From Minisyncoccota bacterium (GTDB lineage Bacteria; Patescibacteriota; Minisyncoccia; Phycocordibacterales; UBA918): a stretch of 64,000 nucleotides of DNA. Made by a program: the position numbers and the translations under genes. The stretch covers positions 7,319 to 71,318 of the forward strand of contig JBDNIW010000001.1 of assembly GCA_041688155.1 (NCBI GenBank). The letters run 5' to 3'. The notes under the pieces were generated by a model. That model saw only the letters and a list, made by a program, of their open reading frames with translations. It made no database searches and was not told the origin of the DNA. Shown here piece by piece: positions 57,611 through 64,000 of the stretch; position 1 is the first letter of the stretch; each line of letters begins with the position of its first letter.

Positions 57611-57913
57611 TTAGGCACTAAATTGTGACTTCAAGCGATTACCTCTATCTTCCATAAAGTTCAAAAAATCTTCTGTATCGCATTGGTCAATTAACAGTCT
57701 GATTTTACTACGAAGCTGGTCCATTTTGTAGTTAATTTCATCCTTGTGCTCAATACCAGACCCAATTAGGGTGAGACTGACTCTGCCCTGGTCAAGCGCA
57801 TCTTCTATCGCAAGTAAAACTGTTAAGTGGGTATAAATGTCTTCATCAAAATTCACATCACCTAATGCTAGTCCAGCGTCAGCGACCTGTAGTAAATGTT
57901 CTCCAATAGTCAT
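57611..57913 (-). CDS. hypothetical protein
   Basis: 100-aa ORF in an AT-rich region; no motif recognised. Confidence 0.3.
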   Translation of the reverse strand: MTIGEHLLQVADAGLALGDVNFDEDIYTHLTVLLAIEDALDQGRVSLTLIGSGIEHKDEINYKMDQLRSKIRLLIDQCDTEDFLNFMEDRGNRLKSQFSA

Positions 57914-58030
57914 ATCCTAATAGTATATCAAGGAAACAGAAGAGTGGTATTTTAATACCAGGCCGTAGCGTCACGTCGCCCTTTATTTTAAATGGGCTTG
58001 AGGAGAATGATGATACAAGTGTGTACATTT

Positions 58031-58540
58031 CTAGTTTTTTACATTACTTAGTTTGAGAATGAACTGGTGATTAAATAATTTGTGTGCAATCAGAGAAGCA
58101 AGTAACGCTCCAGATGAGTATCCTACTAGACATAGCACAAAGAGTAGTGCTAGAGATAGTGGGAATTCGTATCTCCAGACAGGAAACAAGTAGTTTGTGA
58201 TCTCGTAGACAGCAACCAGTGCACTAAGCCAGATTACGAAGTGGATAGTACTGACCTTTTTAAGGAGTAGCGTACTGGCTACGAAGAGTCCGTAAGATAA
58301 TCCAGCATTGAGCAGTAAGAAAGGAAAACCAAACCCAAGTTCGTATGAAAAAAGGCCTAAGTATCTTCCAAGCAGATGGTCATACAATAGTCCGATTGCT
58401 ATCCCAATAAAAATTCCTCGTAGGAGTAGTGTTGGCATCTCGTCTAGTTTTTTGTAGTAAGCGGCACATACAAAAAAGAAAATAAATTGCACCAAAATTA
58501 CAACTCCAAAATGTAGCCAAACTTCAGAAATCATACCCAA
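58031..58540 (-). CDS. hypothetical integral membrane protein (4-5 TM helices)
   Basis: Hydrophobic throughout; 169 aa. Confidence 0.4.
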   Translation of the reverse strand: MGMISEVWLHFGVVILVQFIFFFVCAAYYKKLDEMPTLLLRGIFIGIAIGLLYDHLLGRYLGLFSYELGFGFPFLLLNAGLSYGLFVASTLLLKKVSTIHFVIWLSALVAVYEITNYLFPVWRYEFPLSLALLFVLCLVGYSSGALLASLIAHKLFNHQFILKLSNVKN

Positions 58541-58694
58541 ATTATAACAGTCCGAACGTCTCGGTAGGGTGAGAAAGTGCGGGGCATTTTCGCAAGACCT
58601 TGCCTGGTATTTTGAAAAAGGAAAAACAGTGACGAGGTGTACGGTACCCGTGAGGTTTCAAAAATAATCCTACTAAATCTACTTTAAATCGCTG

Positions 58695-58767
58695 GGCGGC
58701 TACCGGGAATTGAACCCGAATTTCTAGTACCACAAACTAGCGTAATAACCATTATACAATAGCCGCC
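58695..58767 (-). tRNA. tRNA-His (anticodon GTG) with genome-encoded G-1
   Basis: Extra 5' G pairing with C73 (8-bp acceptor GGCGGCTA/TAGCCGCC), anticodon stem CTAGT/ACTAG with loop TTGTGGT, T-arm TCGGGTTCAATTCCCGG. Confidence 0.8.
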
Positions 58768-59018
58768 ATATCTCGCGGGATGGCGGCCGCAGGCCGCCAT
58801 CCGTTGTGCGCATAGTTATACCTATTTTTGCCTAAAAAGTCGAGGGGTGTTCACGGTATACTAGTGCTATGGGAAAAGAATCATTGGTTATTGTGCTGGC
58901 GCTGGTGTTTATACTGGGGGCTGGAGTGGGGTTTTATGTCACGCGGTTGTTTTTCTAGCCGGTGGGCCGGGGTGAGCGCTATACTGTATGATTAGTTTAT
59001 TCGGAGTAATGTATAAGT

Positions 59019-59387
59019 ATGTTGAAAGAATTTAAAGCCTTCGCGATGAAGGGGAATGTGATTGATCTGGCGGTGGCGGTGGTTATTGGCGCTGCTTTTG
59101 GCAAGATTGTCTCTTCGCTCGTGGATAACCTGATCACGCCGCTGGTGGGGATGTTTATGGGTGGGGTTGATTTTACTGATTTTTCTTACGCGGTGGGGGA
59201 TGCGGTGTTTGGATATGGGGCCTTCGTGCAGTCGGTTATCGATTTTACCATTGTAGCGTTTGTTATTTTTATGGTCATCAAGCTGATTGGCCGCGCTAAA
59301 GGTCCGGCTGAAATCAAAGAACCGGCACCCCAAGGTCCAACGCAAATCGAACTGCTGATGCAAATCAGAGACAGCCTCAAGCGGTAG
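59019..59387 (+). CDS. mscL: large-conductance mechanosensitive channel
   Basis: MLKEFKAFAMKGNVIDLAVAVVIGAAFGKIVSSLVDNLITPL is a canonical MscL N-terminus; 122 aa; terminator hairpin at 59408..59447. Confidence 0.9.
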   Translation: MLKEFKAFAMKGNVIDLAVAVVIGAAFGKIVSSLVDNLITPLVGMFMGGVDFTDFSYAVGDAVFGYGAFVQSVIDFTIVAFVIFMVIKLIGRAKGPAEIKEPAPQGPTQIELLMQIRDSLKR

Positions 59388-59784
59388 TACCGACGTACAC
59401 TGATTGTAAATCAACTGATTCGACCAGGAATCAGTTGATTTTGTATTAAAACCTAGTTTTGACTGCTGGCCAAACCTATTTCCTAAGCGAGTGTAGCGGT
59501 GGAGTTATCCCCATCGTCCACAGGAATGCCGTTAGTTTTTGATTATGGTCAGTTTTAAAGAGTGCTAGAATATAGCTAACACCGACGAAGACTGATTTCT
59601 TGTCGTGTGTCGGAGGTAGACACACTATTCCTATTTTATAGGTCGCGAATACTAGATTCGTGTGTTTCGTAGTTCTCATCACACTTAGAAACTAGCTATC
59701 TGCTTGCATGTTCTGCAAGCGATTTTCTTCCACCGTTAGTGTCTGCATCTGATGAGGTTAATAATCATCACTTTATTTGATCAC

Positions 59785-61098
59785 ATGAAAATCCAACACA
59801 TTCGCAAGCGAGACGGTCACACCCAGCCGTTTGATATCGAAAAAATCGTCGACGCGATTGCCCGCGCGCTCGTCGAGACTGGTGAAGGAGACCGCAAAGA
59901 CGCGACCGAAGTAGCCGAGCTGGCGCACCAAAAAGTCGTCGCCATGTGCGTGCGAGCGGGTACCGCCGAAGAGGGTAGTGCCATCGCCAACAAATGTATC
60001 GACGGGAATCCAGCGGTGGAAGAAATCCAGGACCTGGTCGAGCAAGCCTTGATGGAGAAGGATTATTTTGTGACTGCCAAGGCGTACATTATTTTCCGTA
60101 ATGCCCGAAAAAAATTGCGTGAGCGAGATATCTTTGCCCACCGGATGCACCTTAAGCCGTATGAATACCCGGAACTATATGAGTACGTCGACGCTGTACG
60201 TCACTCATACTGGGTACACAGTGAATTCAACTTCACTGGTGATGTGCAGGATTTTCATGTCAACGTCAATGATGTCGAGCGCAACGCCATCAAGAACACC
60301 ATGTTGGCGATTGGTCAGATAGAAGTGGCGGTAAAAAACTTTTGGGGTGATATCGGCAAGAAAATGCCCAAGGCTGAAATCAGTGCGGTCGGGGCCACGT
60401 TTGCTGAGTCGGAGGTACGTCACACTGATGCCTACGCTCACTTGCTAGAGATCCTTGGTCTCAATGGTGAGTTTGTCAAAATCAAAAACAACCCGGTAAT
60501 CCTAGAGCGAATGGAGTACCTCGATAAGGTAGGAGCCCTCGCTCAGACCAAGAGCAACAAAGAGTACGCCCAGGCAGTCATGCTGTTCTCATTGTTCGTT
60601 GAGCACGTGTCACTATTCTCACAGTTCTTGATCATGATGAGCTTTAATAAGCACAAGAACGTGTTTAAGGGGATCAGTAACGCGGTAGAGGCGACGAGTA
60701 AGGAAGAGAACCTGCACGGGATGTTTGGGATTGATGTGATCAACATCATCCGAGACGAGCACCCTGAGTGGTTTGGAGCTGAGACGGAAGCAATGATCAC
60801 CAAAGCGTGTATCGAAGCGTTTGAATCAGAGAGTAAAGTTATCGACTGGATCTTTGAAGCGGGTGAACTAGATTTTCTGCCCGCAGCGAACGTCAAAGAG
60901 TTCGTCAAGCACCGGTTCAACAACTCACTAGCAGCCATCGGTATGCCCCGAGTGTTCGAAGTTAGTGACGCTCTCTTAGAAGAAACAGACTGGTTTGATA
61001 ACGAAGTGATTGCAACTAAGCACGTTGACTTCTTTGATAAAAGATCAGTCAACTATAGTAAGCGAACCGCAAGTGTTACAAGTGACGATTTGTTCTAA
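59785..61098 (+). CDS. nrdB: ribonucleotide reductase class I small (beta, R2) subunit with an N-terminal ATP-cone domain
   Basis: N-terminal KIQHIRKRDGHTQPFDIEKIVDAIARAL matches the ATP-cone. Downstream is a ferritin-like diiron/tyrosyl core (EVAVKNFWGD..., AESEVRHTDAY, FVEHVSLFSQF, E..HG). The start is taken at the Met at 59785. Confidence 0.75.
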   Translation: MKIQHIRKRDGHTQPFDIEKIVDAIARALVETGEGDRKDATEVAELAHQKVVAMCVRAGTAEEGSAIANKCIDGNPAVEEIQDLVEQALMEKDYFVTAKAYIIFRNARKKLRERDIFAHRMHLKPYEYPELYEYVDAVRHSYWVHSEFNFTGDVQDFHVNVNDVERNAIKNTMLAIGQIEVAVKNFWGDIGKKMPKAEISAVGATFAESEVRHTDAYAHLLEILGLNGEFVKIKNNPVILERMEYLDKVGALAQTKSNKEYAQAVMLFSLFVEHVSLFSQFLIMMSFNKHKNVFKGISNAVEATSKEENLHGMFGIDVINIIRDEHPEWFGAETEAMITKACIEAFESESKVIDWIFEAGELDFLPAANVKEFVKHRFNNSLAAIGMPRVFEVSDALLEETDWFDNEVIATKHVDFFDKRSVNYSKRTASVTSDDLF

Positions 61099-61169
61099 CA
61101 TAGGCGTATAGAAACCAAGGTACATAAAATCAGTCGCGATTAGAAAGGTAACCGTAAGAAAGAAACACT

Positions 61170-62861
61170 ATGAAAAAAGAACCATGGCACTGGGTCAACG
61201 ATAATACACGAGCGTTTATGGCACGTGGGTATCTCGTAGACGGACAAACAACTGAAGAACGGGTACGAGTAATTGCTGAATTCGCTGAAAAAACGCTTGG
61301 CAAAGAGGGGTTCGCTGACAAGTTTGAAGAGTACATGAGTAAAGGCTGGATCAGCCTGGCAACGCCAGTGTGGGCAAACTTTGGTCTTGAACGAGGATTG
61401 CCGATTAGTTGTTTTGGTTCGTACGTGGCTGACGACATGGCTAATATTCTACATACTCAAGGTGAGGTGGGGATGATGAGTAAGTATGGTGGGGGATGCT
61501 CCGCCTACTTTGGTGATCTGCGCGGGCGAGGAAAAGAGATCCTCAACAACGGCTATTCGTCTGGGCCAGTTCACTTTATGCAGCTGTTCGAAAAGATTCT
61601 TGATGTAGTAAGTCAGGGGGCAACCAGACGGGGAGTGTTTGCCGCCTACCTACCAGTCGAGCACTCAGATATCCATGAGTTTCTTGATATTGGAACTGAA
61701 GGAAATCCAATTCAAAAAATCAATCACGCTGTGACAGTAACCGACGCCTGGATGGAATCAATGATTGCTGGTGACGAAGATAAGCGAAAGATTTGGGCCA
61801 AGATCATCCAACGACGAGGTGAAATCGGGTACCCGTACATTATGTTTATTGATAATGCGAACAACGGCCGACCAGACGTCTACAAGGATAAAGATCTACC
61901 AATCTACGCCAGTAACGTGTGTAGTGAAATAATGCTCCCAAGTAGTAAAGACTGGTCATTTGTTTGTTGTCTATCGTCAATCAACTTGCTGCACTACGAT
62001 GAATGGAAGGATACTGATCTCGTAGAAACGATGACCTACTTCCTAGAGGCCGTGATGACTGATTTCTGTAACAAACTAGAAGCCTGGCGCGACTCAGAGG
62101 ATGAAGATAAGCGACTGGCGTTTAAATTTATGGAACGGCCATACAATTTTGCCAAAGCCAACCGGGCGCTCGGACTGGGGGTACTGGGATACCACTCACT
62201 CCTGCAGAGCAAAGGGTTGGCCTTTGATAGTGACCAAGCGTCAGTAATCAACAAAGAAGTATTCGCCCTGATGCAGGAACGATCATTAGCTGCGAGTATC
62301 GCTATGGCGACTGAGTACGGGGAACCATCAATCCTCAAAGGATACGGCCGACGACACGCAACCACAATGGCGATTGCACCGACGACATCGTCAGCGTTTA
62401 TCCTCGGACAAGTGTCACAGGGGATTGAGCCTATCTGGAGTAACTGTTACATCAAAGACGTTGCCAAGATGAAGGTGGTCATCAAAAATCCATCGCTCAA
62501 AATTCTCCTAGAAGAAAAAGGAAAAGATACCAAAGAGGTCTGGGATAGTATCCGTGATGCCGATGGATCAGTGCAGCAACTCGACTGTCTGACAGACGTT
62601 GAGAAAGCCGTGTACCGAACGTTCCCAGAAATCGACCAGTCAGCTGTGATTGGCTGCGCCGCCGACCGACAAAAATTCCTTGATCAGGGGCAGTCACTCA
62701 ATGTAATGGTGGCACCAGACACACCAGTCAAAGACATCAACCAGCTCTACATCAAAGCCTGGAAAGAGGGATGTAAGGCGCTCTACTACCAACACAGTAT
62801 GAACGCAGCCCAGCAGATGGTGCGCAAGAAACTGGCTGAGAAAGAGGCGAAAGGGAAGTAA
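61170..62861 (+). CDS. nrdA: ribonucleotide reductase class I large (alpha, R1) subunit without an ATP-cone
   Basis: Active-site motif ASNVCSEIMLPS (the N-x-C-x-E loop) and a 10-stranded barrel layout; 563 aa, consistent with no N-terminal cone; terminator at 62861..62895. Confidence 0.8.
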   Translation: MKKEPWHWVNDNTRAFMARGYLVDGQTTEERVRVIAEFAEKTLGKEGFADKFEEYMSKGWISLATPVWANFGLERGLPISCFGSYVADDMANILHTQGEVGMMSKYGGGCSAYFGDLRGRGKEILNNGYSSGPVHFMQLFEKILDVVSQGATRRGVFAAYLPVEHSDIHEFLDIGTEGNPIQKINHAVTVTDAWMESMIAGDEDKRKIWAKIIQRRGEIGYPYIMFIDNANNGRPDVYKDKDLPIYASNVCSEIMLPSSKDWSFVCCLSSINLLHYDEWKDTDLVETMTYFLEAVMTDFCNKLEAWRDSEDEDKRLAFKFMERPYNFAKANRALGLGVLGYHSLLQSKGLAFDSDQASVINKEVFALMQERSLAASIAMATEYGEPSILKGYGRRHATTMAIAPTTSSAFILGQVSQGIEPIWSNCYIKDVAKMKVVIKNPSLKILLEEKGKDTKEVWDSIRDADGSVQQLDCLTDVEKAVYRTFPEIDQSAVIGCAADRQKFLDQGQSLNVMVAPDTPVKDINQLYIKAWKEGCKALYYQHSMNAAQQMVRKKLAEKEAKGK

Positions 62862-63106
62862 AACAAACGGCGGCCGATAGGCCGCCGTTTGTTTTACCCA
62901 CCCCTGTTGAAATCTTTTAAACTCGCGGAGCGAGTGAGGTATAGTAATTGGAGTAAGAGCTTCGGCTCCTGCGAACATGTTTCTATATTGAGTTCAGAGC
63001 CTAGCCTTGACTCAAGATGGTGGCGCCTACCAGGGACTACGTATCGCGACTACGCAGTCCCCGCTAGGCGCCGTTGTCATTGGTGGTGAAATATGGTTTG
63101 CTATCT

Positions 63107-64000
63107 CTATCTATGCGTTTTTCATTTATACTCGCACTCACCGTGGTCTTGTCGCTGGCAGGGGTGCAGTGGTATCAAACCACGCAGTACATCTGCCCAG
63201 TTCCAATCAGCTACCGCTTGGGGGTGATTGATGAGTCGTTTGTCATTTCTGAATCCAAAGCCAAGCAATACATCGAAGAAGCGGCAACCGTTTGGGAAGG
63301 CATCGCTGATCAAGATTTATTTATATACAACGAACAAGCTGACTTCACCATCAATTTTGTGTTCGACGAACGACAAGCCAATGCCGACGCGCAGATAACT
63401 GACCGTGACCGACTCGATGGAATCGCGACTCAAAACGAAGCCTTCCGGACGCAGATTGCTGGTGTCCAATCCACTTATGAAGCCAGGCAGGCTACGTTTA
63501 ACGCTAACCGCGAGTCGTACGACGGCCGTCTGCAGGCATACAACAATCAAGTCCGCCAAGCTAATGATCGTGGCGGAGCGACCCCGGTGGTGTTTGCTGA
63601 GTTGGAATCAGAGCGCGTGACGCTGGCTGCGGAGTCAGAGGACCTGCGAATCGAGGCTGACGCACTTAATGACCTCGCCCAGCAGTTAAATGAGTTGAGT
63701 GTGGAAGGGAACCGTTTGATCGAAACGTACAATGAGGAGGTCCGTACCTACAACCTGATATACGGTGAAGCGCACGAATTTACCCAGGGTGACTACCGTG
63801 GTGGTGAAATCAATATCTATAAATTCTCTAATGAGTTTGAACTGGTTACGGTGCTCGCACACGAGTTTGGGCATGCTCTAGGCATTGACCACATTGAGGA
63901 ACCGGGGTCGCTGATGTATTATTTACTTGACGACGAACTTGATCAGATTCCGACCCTGTCTGCCGGCGATATCGCTGCCTACCAGCTGGTCTGTACCGAC
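63107..64000 (+). CDS. secreted matrixin-like (metzincin) zinc metallopeptidase; partial, runs off the right edge
   Basis: Signal/TM segment MRFSFILALTVVLSLAGV, a coiled-coil-like middle region, and the HEFGHALGIDH zinc motif (HExxHxxGxxH). The frame is open from 63107 to the window end. It is not in the ORF track because no stop is reached; the minus-strand ORFs listed there are spurious. Confidence 0.65.

Noticed and set aside
63317-63874. Minus-strand ORFs 63317..63559, 63547..63732 and 63686..63874
   Set aside because: They are antisense to an open plus-strand frame carrying an HExxHxxGxxH metzincin motif and a signal peptide; that frame is missing from the ORF track only because it has no stop within the window.

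Overview
This 64-kb window is a gene-dense stretch of a small, streamlined bacterial genome. The organism cannot be named from this sequence; the compact overlapping genes, type IV pilus genes and many small hypothetical proteins are consistent with a reduced-genome lineage such as the CPR/Saccharibacteria.

Most of the window is housekeeping:
- A partial class A PBP and tyrS sit at the left edge, followed by a ruvB-yebC-ruvC operon and a distant ruvA.
- Type IV pilus genes pilB and pilMNO(P), tsaE, polA, holA, lnt, a MurE-like ligase, rpsT and rplS.
- uppS, an RluA-family pseudouridine synthase, acylphosphatase, recQ, a GH3 hydrolase, a glutathione S-transferase and mscL.
- A class I ribonucleotide reductase in which the ATP-cone is on NrdB rather than NrdA.
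- A MacAB-like ABC exporter next to a DUF285-repeat surface protein with a C-terminal peptidoglycan-binding domain, and an ECF sigma factor with a membrane anti-sigma-like partner.
- A photolyase/cryptochrome-related trio (a COG3046-type gene, a 45-aa DUF2256-like zinc ribbon, and a FAD-binding-domain protein).
- Three type II toxin-antitoxin pairs.

Seven tRNA genes were found by hand folding: Lys-TTT, Ser-TGA, Arg-GCG (anticodon unusual), Arg-TCT, Val-TAC, Leu-GAG and His-GTG. Many rho-independent terminators are present.

The most unusual structure is non-coding. Each of three minus-strand tRNA genes (Lys, Arg-TCT, Val) is followed by tandem units of about 170-210 bp, each ending in a copy of the tRNA 3' end followed by a terminator-like hairpin. 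A conserved core of about 125 nt is shared between the Arg-TCT and Val loci, four copies in all. I read these as miniature tRNA-3'-end-targeting elements, relic att sites, or tRNA-like sRNA genes.

Other noteworthy items:
- A RuvX-tRNA-binding-domain fusion protein.
- A low-GC two-gene islet carrying a HEPN-like (Rx4H) protein next to a membrane protein.
- A 150-bp perfect-stem palindromic element beside a bidirectional terminator.
- An AT-rich HNH endonuclease gene next to tRNA-Ser.
- A Cys-rich 87-aa gene with a strong Shine-Dalgarno and its own terminator.

All functional calls come from motif recognition by eye; no database searches were run.
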